Source: Parcubacteria group bacterium GW2011_GWA2_40_23
GTDB taxonomy: Bacteria > Patescibacteriota > Patescibacteriia > UBA11705 > JABHMO01
Assembly: GCA_000996245.1 (NCBI GenBank)
Contig: LBYP01000005.1
Coordinates: 10,305-74,304 of the forward strand
Direction: 5' to 3'
Length of the DNA: 64,000 nt
Shown here: in pieces, positions 40,477-49,816 of the stretch
Layout of the letters: every line of letters starts with the position of its first letter
Numbering within the stretch: position 1 is the stretch's first letter
The notes under the pieces: model-generated
The model's database searches: none
Seen by the model: only the letters and a program-made list of their open reading frames with translations
Told to the model about the DNA's origin: nothing
Position numbers and translations under genes: made by a program

Positions 40477-41655
40477 TTAAAGTACGCGCAAAATAAGAAC
40501 TTTTAAATAACCTCCTTCTGTAAAGCTGGGAAGTTCGAGATGATCTGGTGCAAAAGTTAAAACTTCGAGTATTTGAATTGTTTTGCCAGCATTAATGCTG
40601 GCATTAACCAAAATATTTTTAAAATCATCAAGTGACAAATGAGCGGAACAAGAGCAAGTCATCAAAATGGAATTTGAAGGCATGATTCTCATGGCCACTT
40701 CGTTGATGCTTTTGTAGCCGATCATGCCTTCTTTAATTTTGTCTCGGTCTTTGATAAAAGCTGGTGGATCAAGAACAATAACATCAAAAGTATTTGGTTC
40801 GATAGTGCGTAAATATTTTTTTACATCTTCGCAAATTGAGGTGTATTTTGTTTTTGGAAAATCATTAAGGATAAAGTTCTTTTCAGCTAGTTCAATTGCT
40901 TTGGGAGAGACATCAACACTTGTTACATGTTTAGCACCGGCTGCAAGAGCGTAGACAGAAAAACCACCAGTATAAGAAAAACAATTTAAAACATTTTTAT
41001 CTTTAACGTATTTGGTCAGAGCTTGGCGTTTGTCGCGTTGATCTAAAAAGAAACCAGTTTTTTGGCCCTCAACGACATCAACATCAAAGAGCAATCCATT
41101 TTCTTTGACTTTAATTGTGGCAGGAACTTTGCCAAAAAGTAAGCGCGAGCGGTTGTCCGTTTCTTCTTCAGTTAAAGAACGTTTATAGGTTTTATCGTAA
41201 ATACCTTTTGGTTTAACAATATCAATTAAGGCATTGATAATTTGTTCTTGCCAAGCTTCGATACCACGATTATGAAATTGAACAACTAAATAATCAGCAT
41301 ATTTATCCACGATAAGGCCTGGTAAAAAATCATTTTCACTATTTACGATACGGTAACAATTAGTTTTCTTTTGGTCGATGGCTTGGAGTCGAACGGAAAG
41401 TGCGAGTTCAATTCGTTTCACAAAAAAATCATCATTAACCTCTTCGTTTTCTTCATAACCCCAAATACGGACTGCAAGTTGCGAATATGAATTAAAAAAA
41501 CCTTGAGCTAAAAATTCATCATCGCTTGAATAGAGGCTGACCGGTTCGCCGTAACTTAAACCTTCAGGTAAATCAATAATAGCGCCAGAGTAAACCCACG
41601 GGTGTCCGCGTAAGATCGGACCAATTTTTTTTGTATAAACTGTTAACTTGATCAT
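40477..41655 (-). CDS. rlmI: RlmI-family rRNA m5C methyltransferase
   Basis: GHPWVYS, GQKTGFFLDQR, FSYTGGFS, LDPPAF. Confidence 0.88.
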   Translation of the reverse strand: MIKLTVYTKKIGPILRGHPWVYSGAIIDLPEGLSYGEPVSLYSSDDEFLAQGFFNSYSQLAVRIWGYEENEEVNDDFFVKRIELALSVRLQAIDQKKTNCYRIVNSENDFLPGLIVDKYADYLVVQFHNRGIEAWQEQIINALIDIVKPKGIYDKTYKRSLTEEETDNRSRLLFGKVPATIKVKENGLLFDVDVVEGQKTGFFLDQRDKRQALTKYVKDKNVLNCFSYTGGFSVYALAAGAKHVTSVDVSPKAIELAEKNFILNDFPKTKYTSICEDVKKYLRTIEPNTFDVIVLDPPAFIKDRDKIKEGMIGYKSINEVAMRIMPSNSILMTCSCSAHLSLDDFKNILVNASINAGKTIQILEVLTFAPDHLELPSFTEGGYLKVLILRVL

Positions 41656-41715
41656 AGTTTTAATTTTCGGGGTTATTATCTCATTTTTGGTGATTTTGTC
41701 AATCATTTCTTAAGC

Positions 41716-41858
41716 GTCATTGCGAGACCGTGAAACAGGTCGAAGTAATCCCCGATATCTCAACTATTTTGTATTGCTATCATAGATATATTAATAAGTT
41801 AACGATCATTAAGATTTCGGGGATTGCTTCGGGCTGCCCATAGCGCCCTCGCAATGAC
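41716..41858. repeat. long palindromic element with GTCATTGCGAG...CTCGCAATGAC ends
   Basis: Terminal inverted repeats plus internal CGAAGTAATCCCCG/CGGGGATTGCTTCG stem. Confidence 0.75.
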
Positions 41859-41952
41859 CTTTGGATTTAGGGAAAAAAACACCCCCGCACCACAGATGAC
41901 TGGGTGCGGGGTAAACCCAACTCATTGTCGAACGAGCGGGGCGTTATGGCTA

Positions 41953-42108
41953 TCACCAGCGGGAACTGAACTCGTTGGTGTCGTCGTAGCCGAAGTCCGG
42001 GGAGAGATCCTTGAACAAAAGGTGTAAGCCGATGGCCAGACCGATCAGTGGGATGCACAGAAGAACAGTACAGATGCCGAGGACGCAGTCGATTTTCTGT
42101 CTCAGCAT
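41953..42108 (-). CDS. small membrane protein (51 aa)
   Basis: Manual translation MLRQKIDCVLGICTVLLCIPLIGLAIGLHLLF...; GAGGTG SD; overlaps the upstream stop. Confidence 0.5.
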   Translation of the reverse strand: MLRQKIDCVLGICTVLLCIPLIGLAIGLHLLFKDLSPDFGYDDTNEFSSRW

Positions 42109-42599
42109 GAACACCTCTCTTCCTGTTTTTCGACCTCACGGGGATGTCGAATCGAGTAGAGGTAGAGGCCGAAAGCCAGGATGTCGGCGACGAACATGAT
42201 CCGAATGAAGTAGATGATCAGGAAGTCGAAGGCTTTGATCCAGGGGGACGAGTCTTCGAACACGAGGAAGGGGAGGATCTGCATGTCGATGGTTTTTACC
42301 ACGAAACAGAGACCGTAGCAGAGACTTGCTCCGAGAAAGGAGATTGTAACGCGAGTTGTCAGCTGCTTACCTTTACGGATCTCATCTCGCAGGTCGTCGG
42401 AAAACACCCAGAAGGAGAAGACCGCAACCATCGCCATCCAGAAAGTGGACGTGATGGATCCTTGATCTTCGGGAAAGACGCCAGGTTCGGTGTTCCAGAT
42501 GAAGACGCCGAGGAAGAGGATGATCGTGACGATTACGTGGGGAATCCAGAAGAGCAAGTCGAACACGAGCTTGAACCGCACGGGCGTGGGCTGTGCCAT
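42102..42599 (-). CDS. multi-pass membrane hypothetical protein (GC-rich)
   Basis: Four hydrophobic segments; GGAGG SD. Confidence 0.65.
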   Translation of the reverse strand: MAQPTPVRFKLVFDLLFWIPHVIVTIILFLGVFIWNTEPGVFPEDQGSITSTFWMAMVAVFSFWVFSDDLRDEIRKGKQLTTRVTISFLGASLCYGLCFVVKTIDMQILPFLVFEDSSPWIKAFDFLIIYFIRIMFVADILAFGLYLYSIRHPREVEKQEERCSC

Positions 42600-42631
42600 G
42601 GTTTCCTCCAATCCGAGTTTGTTGTTATTTC

Positions 42632-42877
42632 CTAGGCTGCACGGCGCGGCGGTGTGTGGTCATCCCCGTCTGGAAGTTCTTGCAGACGTTTTTTCAGTCT
42701 GTTCTCGGGCAGGTGGTGGTACATGAGTCCACAATCTTGGCAGTAGTTCTGGGTGGGGCCAAGTTCTGTCGGACGTTTTCCGCCGTAGATCGGTGCGCCG
42801 ACCGGAGTGCGTGTGATTTCTCTCACGATCGGGCCACCACAGACAACACACTTTGCATCGGTCACTTCGGCTGCCAT
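42632..42877 (-). CDS. small zinc-ribbon protein
   Basis: CVVCGG...CQDCG; GAGG SD; TTGACA promoter at ~42912-42939. Confidence 0.6.
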   Translation of the reverse strand: MAAEVTDAKCVVCGGPIVREITRTPVGAPIYGGKRPTELGPTQNYCQDCGLMYHHLPENRLKKRLQELPDGDDHTPPRRAA

Positions 42878-43024
42878 TGTTTTGCCTCAACGCAGTTACA
42901 TAGTTGATTAGAGATTAACATTTGGCGTGGTTTTGTCAATTCCATCCGATTTGCGATAATGCACAGATTGACAACCACTATGGCTCAGGTAGAATGGGAG
43001 TATAATTTAATTATTTTCATTTTT

Positions 43025-43423
43025 ATGCTTACAAGTGAAGTGACAAATATTGAGTTGGCACGTGAAAACTTTAAAATTTGGAATGAGTCTTTATTGTCAA
43101 AAGACGCTCAAAAAGTTGCTGAGCTTTATACCGTCGATAATACTTTTTTACCAACAATGTCCCCAGAATTCAAAAGAGGACAAGCATCAGCCGAAGGATA
43201 TTTTGTTCATTTTTTAGAGAAAAATCCAGTTGGTGAAATCGTTGAAGATGAATGTCAGGTTTTAGCACCAGATTGTTATTTACATTCAGGCTTATATAAT
43301 TTCACTGTTGGGCCAGAAGACAAACGGGAGGTTGTGGAAGCGCGATTCTCATATGTTTGGAAAAAAAATGAAGCCGGTAATTGGAAAATTCTTCATCATC
43401 ATTCATCAGTTAAACCGAGGTAA
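43025..43423 (+). CDS. SgcJ/EcaC (DUF4440, NTF2-like) protein
   Basis: FLPT.S, YFVHFL, GLYNF, ARFSYVW, WKILHHHSS. Confidence 0.85.
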   Translation: MLTSEVTNIELARENFKIWNESLLSKDAQKVAELYTVDNTFLPTMSPEFKRGQASAEGYFVHFLEKNPVGEIVEDECQVLAPDCYLHSGLYNFTVGPEDKREVVEARFSYVWKKNEAGNWKILHHHSSVKPR

Positions 43424-43471
43424 TATTTTCTTAATAAAAAAGTCCCTGGAAATGGGACTTTTGGTTTTTTA

Positions 43472-44065
43472 TTATAAATTATTTTGCCTTAGCTGTTCTT
43501 TTAGCTTTTCGAGATTTTCAAATTTGTAAGATTTGATTCCAAGACTATTGGCAACCTCCACGTTTTTTTCCGAATCATCAAAATACAAACATTCTTCTGG
43601 TTTCAGGTCATTTTCTTCGAGGATTAGCTTGTAAGCTCTTTCGTCCGGCTTCACAAAACCAGTTTGCCAGGAATAATATCCTTTTTCAGGTAAGGTTTTT
43701 AAGAAAGAGAATGTTTCTTCGTAAAAATGTGTACGTTCTCGAAGATTATTAGACAGAATAAAAATTTTAAGGCCTTGTTTCTTCATGTTCTCGGCCAGCT
43801 CAAGCATTTCTGGAATATCGGTTTCGGTTTTAAACCAGTAATCATAAAATTCTTGTTTGGATAAGTTGATCTTCCAGTCAAAAAAGTATGGTTGCCAGTA
43901 TGAATAGAGGTCATTGGCATTGGGCAAACGAACTTGCGCCATAATCCCTTTGAGTGCTGGTAAAAACTTGTCAGAAGGAATTTTAAAGTCTTCAGCAAAG
44001 CGATCACTCAGCATTCTGCTTTGGATAAAGACGCCGTTTAAGTCAAAAATTATGGCTTTGATCAT
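43472..44065 (-). CDS. HAD-family phosphatase
   Basis: IIFDLNGV, ILSN, KPD, FDD. Confidence 0.88.
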   Translation of the reverse strand: MIKAIIFDLNGVFIQSRMLSDRFAEDFKIPSDKFLPALKGIMAQVRLPNANDLYSYWQPYFFDWKINLSKQEFYDYWFKTETDIPEMLELAENMKKQGLKIFILSNNLRERTHFYEETFSFLKTLPEKGYYSWQTGFVKPDERAYKLILEENDLKPEECLYFDDSEKNVEVANSLGIKSYKFENLEKLKEQLRQNNL

Positions 44066-44215
44066 ATAAAATTATTATAGGTTTCTAGCGTCTTTTCGTC
44101 AATTAAAAACATTGCTGAAGCACTCGGTATTTTTGCTTTTTAGACAAGAAAAGACAGATAGGTGGAATGGTAGACATGTGTTATACTTTTATAATAATTC
44201 ATGACGTTTTTTTGT

Positions 44216-45367
44216 ATGCTAGAAAACTATGTTTTTACGTCGGAGTCAGTTACAGAGGGGCATCCAGATAAAATTTGCGATCAGGTTTCGGATGCCATTT
44301 TGGATAGTCTATTAGCACTTGACCCCAAGTCGCATGTTGCAGTTGAATCATTTACTACAACAGGGTTGGTTATTGTTGCTGGTGAAGTCACGACAACAGG
44401 ATATGTTGATGTGCAAAAAGTTACTAGAAATGTTTTAGAAGAAATTGGTTATACTGATCCAGCATACGGAATAGATGCCGAGCATGCAGGAGTTTTAGTT
44501 TCTCTTCATGAGCAGTCTCATGATATTGCACAGGGCGTTAGTCAAGAGAAAAAAGAAGAACAAGGCGCTGGGGATCAGGGGTTAATGTTTGGTTATGCTT
44601 GTAATGAAACTGAGCAGTTGATGCCACTGCCAATTGTCCTGGCTCATCAGCTCTGTCAAAAACTGGCCGAGGTCAGAAAAAATGGGACTTTACCGTATTT
44701 ACGTCCAGATGGAAAATCACAAGTAGCGGTAGAATATGAAGCTGGTAAGCCAAAATGCCTTAAAAACGTGGTTATAGCGGCCCAGCATCATGATACAGTT
44801 AGTACTGAGCAATTGAGATTGGATATTATTCAAAAGGTTATTAAACCAGTTTGTCAAAAGTATCTCAATAATGAAACAAAGTTTCATATTAATATGACAG
44901 GCAGGTTTGTTGTAGGTGGTCCTCAAGGTGACACGGGGCTTACTGGAAGAAAGATTATTGTTGATACTTATGGTGGCATGGGCAGACATGGAGGCGGTTG
45001 TTTCTCGGGCAAGGATCCATCAAAGGTTGATAGGTCTGGTGCTTATATGGCTCGTTATGTAGCCAAAAATATTGTGGCGGCTGGCTTAGCAGACAAATGT
45101 GAATTACAGGTTGCTTATGTTATTGGCCAGGCGGAGCCGACCAGTATTAATATTAATACTTTTAATACTGGAAAATTTGCTGACGATAAGTTGGTAGAAA
45201 TAATTAAACAAGTTTTTGATTTTCGTCCTGGTAAGATTATTGAGCATTTAGATTTATTAAAGCCAATATACAGAAAGACAGCTACTTATGGACATTTTGG
45301 TCGGTCTGAGTTTAGTTGGGAAAAATTGGATAAAGTCGATGAGTTGAAACAAAAGAGTCTAGTTTAA
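44216..45367 (+). CDS. metK: S-adenosylmethionine synthetase
   Basis: [28 protein letters not shown]. Confidence 0.98.
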   Translation: MLENYVFTSESVTEGHPDKICDQVSDAILDSLLALDPKSHVAVESFTTTGLVIVAGEVTTTGYVDVQKVTRNVLEEIGYTDPAYGIDAEHAGVLVSLHEQSHDIAQGVSQEKKEEQGAGDQGLMFGYACNETEQLMPLPIVLAHQLCQKLAEVRKNGTLPYLRPDGKSQVAVEYEAGKPKCLKNVVIAAQHHDTVSTEQLRLDIIQKVIKPVCQKYLNNETKFHINMTGRFVVGGPQGDTGLTGRKIIVDTYGGMGRHGGGCFSGKDPSKVDRSGAYMARYVAKNIVAAGLADKCELQVAYVIGQAEPTSININTFNTGKFADDKLVEIIKQVFDFRPGKIIEHLDLLKPIYRKTATYGHFGRSEFSWEKLDKVDELKQKSLV

Positions 45368-45434
45368 GTAAGAACAAAAAAGTACCCGGTTTTTTAGACG
45401 GGGTACTTTTTTAGATCACCAGTTTAGAATTGTT

Positions 45435-46439
45435 TTAAATAAGTGATTCTTTATTCGACGGAAACGTAACCGCATTACGTATATCCGCTTCACCCATAAG
45501 CCACTGAATTACGCGTGCCAGCCCAAAGCCACAGCCTGCATGTGGAATAGCGCCATTTGTTTTGACTTGGTTAATATACCACTCAAAATCTGCCAGGCTG
45601 CCGCCACGTTCCAGTAACCGCTTATACATGCGCGAATTTTCAAGACGTGATTGTAATGTTTTAGCATCGTGCGCCCGGGCGGCAGAACCAACTGCTTCTC
45701 CGCCGAATGGAAGAATTAAATCCGCAGATAAAACACGACCCGGGTTTTCCGGGTCGGGCAACATGTTGAAAAATTTTTCTACTTCTATTTCTTTATCAAA
45801 CATCCACATTGGATCAGGAAATCGAGTAATAAACAGTGGTTGATTCCCATTGGCTTGAACAAGAAGGCGTTCCTGGGCCGATGAAATGTCGTCACCCCAC
45901 TCAATTTTTTCTCCAAGACCGATGAGTCTTTTAATGGTTTGATCGTAAGTGTATTTGGTAAAGATTTGAGGACAGGCTGAAAGTCTTGTAATATTTTCGG
46001 GCGTTATTTCAAGACTGCCGGCGGATTGAGATGAATGAACCATACTTTGAGCTACATGGTAGAGGAGTCCTTCGATGTATTGGAGTAATTGATCGAATCC
46101 GCCGGGGTGTTCTATTTCTATCATCAAGAATTCAGTGAGATGGCGATTATCAACTTTTTGTTCTGCGCGGAAGCTGGGGCCGACGCAATAAACATTACCG
46201 AGTTCTGGTACGAGCGCTTCCAAGTAGAGTTGTCCTGTTTGAGCTAAATAACTTTTAAGGCCATTGAACCACTTATCGTTTTGGTCGGACGAGACCTCAA
46301 ATAAGGTATTGACGTTCTCGCAGGCGCCTGAGGCTCGAACTATTCTGGGCACGACAATTTCTGTGTAATCATTTTGAGTTAAGTATTCGCGCGAGCTTTT
46401 TAAAACCAGGTCAGTAAGTTTGATTACTGATGTTTGCAT
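45435..46439 (-). CDS. AsnRS-like catalytic domain lacking the anticodon-binding domain (archaeal-type asparagine synthetase A-like)
   Basis: YLAQTGQLYLE, SFRAE..RHLTEF, PHAGCGFGLARV; starts at motif 1 with no OB fold. Confidence 0.75.
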   Translation of the reverse strand: MQTSVIKLTDLVLKSSREYLTQNDYTEIVVPRIVRASGACENVNTLFEVSSDQNDKWFNGLKSYLAQTGQLYLEALVPELGNVYCVGPSFRAEQKVDNRHLTEFLMIEIEHPGGFDQLLQYIEGLLYHVAQSMVHSSQSAGSLEITPENITRLSACPQIFTKYTYDQTIKRLIGLGEKIEWGDDISSAQERLLVQANGNQPLFITRFPDPMWMFDKEIEVEKFFNMLPDPENPGRVLSADLILPFGGEAVGSAARAHDAKTLQSRLENSRMYKRLLERGGSLADFEWYINQVKTNGAIPHAGCGFGLARVIQWLMGEADIRNAVTFPSNKESLI

Positions 46440-46774
46440 ACTTTTTTAATTAATTAATTTTAACAACAACCATTGGCCGTTGTTTTGTTTGCGTTGTATG
46501 GGTTCAAGAGATTGAACCCTGTCCACGGCGTTATTTACGTCAGGTCATATTTTTTGGGGTTAAAAAAATTCCCCCGCGAACGGGGGAATTTGATGAATTA
46601 ATATATAAACTGTCTTTTGGCTTGATTGGTTTTTTCTTCCTATGTTTTCTTGCTAATTGAAACATATGGTTTTGTTGTGAGTATTATACTCCCTGCGGAA
46701 ATGACGTCAAATGAGGCTGTGTATTGGAAAATAAGGCCGCGCTGATAATGTACCAGCGCGGTGGTGGAGATTAA

Positions 46775-47344
46775 TCACGATTCATCATTTTCTGGAAAAG
46801 GAAGGTCACTGTTTTCTTGGACAAAGAGAGCTCTGTCTCGTGGCATTTGATTCCGAGCAGATTGACCGTCGCCCCACTGGAGTTCATAATCGTAGCTGAG
46901 TTGATCGAGGAAGTGGTGGTTGGGGTATTGATTACTATCGGCTTTGATGATGCGGAAGTCCTCGATCTTTTTGCTTTTGACGTGCAATAGTCCTACCCAG
47001 CCAAAGCTCAATGCACAGAGCTTTGTCATGACGATCGATAAACGGAAAGGATCAATTGTCTTGGTGCGGAAAACAACCGCGGTACCAGCGCCGATCAATT
47101 GCCAGAATTCTTGGCTGAACTGGTCAACTATATTGTTGGCTTCGTGCCAATCGTATTTGCTCAAAAAGGGGAATTCCAGAATAAAACAGCCGAACCTTTC
47201 CTCTTCTTTGTCTGATCGATTAGTAACAAGACAGGCAGAAGTGATTTTGCCTCGTTTTTCCTTCTGACGTCTTAGCTCACGTTCGGTGTAAGCCTGTTGT
47301 TCATTTATCTTCCGCATACACTGTTCGACATAGTCATCGTTCAT
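46775..47344 (-). CDS. hypothetical protein
   Basis: GGGGAG SD; hairpin after the stop codon. Confidence 0.55.
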   Translation of the reverse strand: MNDDYVEQCMRKINEQQAYTERELRRQKEKRGKITSACLVTNRSDKEEERFGCFILEFPFLSKYDWHEANNIVDQFSQEFWQLIGAGTAVVFRTKTIDPFRLSIVMTKLCALSFGWVGLLHVKSKKIEDFRIIKADSNQYPNHHFLDQLSYDYELQWGDGQSARNQMPRDRALFVQENSDLPFPENDES

Positions 47345-47515
47345 GTGTAGCTCCCCTGTGAATTAGTCTTGTTACCTCCATGGTAACTGTGTATTATATA
47401 GTGAGCTAGATAGTTGTTCAATAATTCAGGACAGAAACAATGAATATTGGTAAATATTTGACATATTTTAGCAAATAAAGCATACTTAGTTTGATGTCGG
47501 AATAAGTGAACACAT

Positions 47516-48265
47516 ATGGCAAAAATAGAATATATCGAGAAATTAGGGTTAACAAAAAAGCAAGCCGAAGTATACTTGGCTTGTTTAAAGCTCGGTCCGT
47601 CAAAGGTGGGAGGGATACAGAAAGAGGTGAATATTAAAAGAACAACTCTTTATGATATTTTGGGAGAGTTAGAGAGCTTGGGTCTTGTGTCACATTCAAT
47701 AAAACAAAAGACAAGAATATATAACCCAGAGAATCCAAATAAATTGAAAGAATTGATTGATGATAAAAGTAAAATCGTCCAAAGTATTTTACCGGATCTT
47801 CAGCAATTGTTTGCTTCTGTTACTTATAGACCTGCCATTCGTTTTTTTGAAGGTTCGGAAGGAATTAAACAAATATATCAAGACACATTAAATTGTAAGG
47901 AAAAAAAGATTTTGCAGATTGTGTCAGTTAAAGACTTCCAAGAATTTCCCGGTAAAGTATTTATGACTTGGTACGTAGAAGAGCGTGCAAGAAAAAATAT
48001 TAAAGCACAAGCAATCCATCCTAAGGCAGGGGATATTTATGATAATCATTTTGGAAAGAATAATATTCTTTTAAAAAGAGAGGTAAAATATATGCCGACC
48101 TCCTTGTTTACCATGTCGATGATAATGGTTTACGACAATAACGTAGTGGCCATGTCAACAAAAAAAGAAAATTATGGTTTTATAATTGAGAGCAAGGAAT
48201 ATTCTAATGCCATGCGTGCTATGTTTGATTTGTTGTGGAAATTAGGAAGTGAGTCGCATGATTAA
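47516..48265 (+). CDS. TrmB-family transcriptional regulator
   Basis: LGLTKKQAEVYLACLKLG..IKRTTLY; PAIRFFEG. Confidence 0.88.
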   Translation: MAKIEYIEKLGLTKKQAEVYLACLKLGPSKVGGIQKEVNIKRTTLYDILGELESLGLVSHSIKQKTRIYNPENPNKLKELIDDKSKIVQSILPDLQQLFASVTYRPAIRFFEGSEGIKQIYQDTLNCKEKKILQIVSVKDFQEFPGKVFMTWYVEERARKNIKAQAIHPKAGDIYDNHFGKNNILLKREVKYMPTSLFTMSMIMVYDNNVVAMSTKKENYGFIIESKEYSNAMRAMFDLLWKLGSESHD

Positions 48266-48276
48266 TTTCTATTCTT

Positions 48277-48885
48277 ATGAAAGCTAAAATTACAATTTAC
48301 GATTCAGCCGAAGGCTACGACCTAGCCTCCGCTGATTATGATAAAAAAGAAGCTTATCTAAACAGTTTCGAAAAAGACTGGTGGGATTATGATTTAACTG
48401 ATTTGTCAGAAAAGGATGTACTCGACGTCGGCGCTGGGACTGGACGATTATCTGTGACATTGCTTCGTCGAGGAGCCAAAGTCACAGCACTTGATGTCTC
48501 TGCAAAAATGCTCGAGAGATTGCACAAAAAAGGTCCGGCTATCAATATCGTCGAGGGCGATGCAGAAAATCTACCATTTGAGTCAGAATCGTTTGATTTA
48601 ATCACTGCAGCCTTTGTTGTTGTTCATCTAAAAGATCCTGCAATATTTTTTAAAGAAGCAGAAAGAGTTTTGCGTCCTGGCGGATTATTGATTATCACGA
48701 ATATTAATCAAAAAGAAGCGCCCTCGGTAAAAACTTCTGTTGGTCAAATTAAAATTAAGTCATATTATCATCGTCCTGAAATGATTTTGGAGTTGTTGGA
48801 GTCGGCGAGATTTAAGTTTGTTAAAGAAAAAATAATTAAGGAGGGCGGGAATTGGATAAATCAAATTGTAACAGCACAAAAATAA
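48277..48885 (+). CDS. class I SAM-dependent methyltransferase
   Basis: VLDVGAGTG, GDAENLPF, RVLRPGG. Confidence 0.9.
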   Translation: MKAKITIYDSAEGYDLASADYDKKEAYLNSFEKDWWDYDLTDLSEKDVLDVGAGTGRLSVTLLRRGAKVTALDVSAKMLERLHKKGPAINIVEGDAENLPFESESFDLITAAFVVVHLKDPAIFFKEAERVLRPGGLLIITNINQKEAPSVKTSVGQIKIKSYYHRPEMILELLESARFKFVKEKIIKEGGNWINQIVTAQK

Positions 48886-48923
48886 AAGTTTTAAATTTAA
48901 AAACAGTTCGTAAGGGGCTGTTT

Positions 48924-49673
48924 TTAGGTTTTTATGCAATTTTTGTACATGAATTTCCACCAAATGCGGTAGCTATCAGCGAGTTTTTTATCACGAAGGA
49001 CAAATATAGTAACGTCATCTGAAATACTTTTATAGTTCAATCCAGTAAAGGTTACGACATAGTCACCAAAAATGTCAGCTGCAGAAATAGTGGAAAATTC
49101 TTTAGGCATAAAACGATTATTGTTTCCCATTAATACGAGTTCTCCCGGTGGAGTTTTTTCTTGAACTTCAATATCAAAAATATGATAAAAATTTATTTTT
49201 TTCTTTTTTGCTTCAACTAAAAATTTTGTCAAAAAAGTATTGATGCGCGGGTCTAGCCAACCAAGCTTGGCGCCGATGAAGTAAACATCTTTGCCCTCGT
49301 GCAAAATATCGCGCATGTAATTCTTGAAACCTTCAAGACCTCTATAGATGCAGGCTTCTTGCGGGCTTTCTTTTTCCTCAAAGGTTCTTTTTAATTCTGG
49401 AAGTATTAGTCGAAGCTCGGCTTCTTTTTCTTTCAATAATTCCAATAATTTCCCAGGATCTACTGGCGCATATTTATTTTCCCCTTTAGAAATAATGGGG
49501 AAGATCAGCCCCTTATCTACGAGCCGACCAACAGTGTCATAGACGTTCCGACGATGTATTTTGGAATGGGTTGAAATGGTCCCAACTCCGGCTTCTTTGA
49601 GGGCTAAAAGGGATTCATAAATTTTGGCTTCGTTGAGTGACAAGCCGATGTTTTGGAGTGTTTGAAGTAGCAT
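48924..49673 (-). CDS. TrmB-family transcriptional regulator
   Basis: IGLSLNEAKIY..HRRNVYD; YRGLEG. Confidence 0.88.
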   Translation of the reverse strand: MLLQTLQNIGLSLNEAKIYESLLALKEAGVGTISTHSKIHRRNVYDTVGRLVDKGLIFPIISKGENKYAPVDPGKLLELLKEKEAELRLILPELKRTFEEKESPQEACIYRGLEGFKNYMRDILHEGKDVYFIGAKLGWLDPRINTFLTKFLVEAKKKKINFYHIFDIEVQEKTPPGELVLMGNNNRFMPKEFSTISAADIFGDYVVTFTGLNYKSISDDVTIFVLRDKKLADSYRIWWKFMYKNCIKT

Positions 49674-49816
49674 AATATTGGTTATTTTATCTAAATTTAG
49701 TGTAGCATTTTGTGGTGGTATTGACCACTCATTATATATATGCTATAATACTATTTATTACGGTCTTTGTCAAGGCCGTATTTTTTATTTAAAAATAATT
49801 AATAATAAATCTGAGT

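Noticed and set aside
46440-46680. T-box riboswitch upstream of the AsnRS-like gene
   Set aside because: No UGGNACC T-box motif or specifier stem recognisable
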